A stretch of 63,937 nucleotides of DNA, filler included, from Octopus bimaculoides (lineage: Eukaryota): NCBI RefSeq assembly GCF_001194135.2. It is 3 parts of 3 records of this genome, joined end to end, with 100 filler letters (N's around TTAATTAATTAA, not from the genome) between each part and the next. Parts side by side here need not be neighbours in the genome. Positions count along the whole stretch, not along the records: positions 51,298 to 63,937 come from NC_068987.1; 2 more parts are not named here. One strand, written 5' to 3'. The position numbers and the translations under genes were made by a program. A model generated the notes under the pieces. The model ran no database searches, was not told the origin of the DNA, and saw nothing but the letters and a program-made list of their open reading frames with translations. Shown here one piece after another: positions 63,905 through 63,937 of this stretch (positions are counted from its first letter, which is position 1; the number at the start of each line of letters is the position of its first letter).

Positions 63905-63937
63905 TCATCATCATCATCATCATCATCATCGTTTAAC
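63905..63937 (-). repeat. (CAT)n tail + CGTTTAAC: start of another RTE-type 3'-end copy running off the window
   Basis: Same junction as at 17260, 29440 and 56615. Confidence 0.7.

Overview
AT-rich, microsatellite-dense eukaryotic DNA from a draft assembly with many N gaps. The SINE/LINE and microsatellite repertoire looks like octopus (inference, not verified). I recognise no intact protein-coding gene, tRNA, rRNA or CRISPR array. The recognisable content is decayed mobile DNA: two Penelope-like (GIY-YIG) fragments, two RTE-clade LINE fragments plus about nine stand-alone copies of one RTE-type 3' end, an R4/Dong-clade LINE, five mariner remnants, two maT/DD37D elements and three tRNA-headed SINE groups (called A, B and C here). 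Two artificial 100-bp linkers (44 N + TTAATTAATTAA + 44 N) split the window into three joined blocks. The outer blocks are CpG-depleted and the middle block retains CpG. The most interesting signal is five hammerhead-ribozyme-like cores: two at the 3' ends of the Penelope-like fragments and three in short non-coding elements. The best (4201-4250, minus) has an intact core and helix I and a palindromic helix III. A few splice-flanked open frames may be exons of an unidentified host gene (low confidence). All analysis was by eye, and TE boundaries are approximate (about +/-20 bp) unless TIR/TA positions are given.
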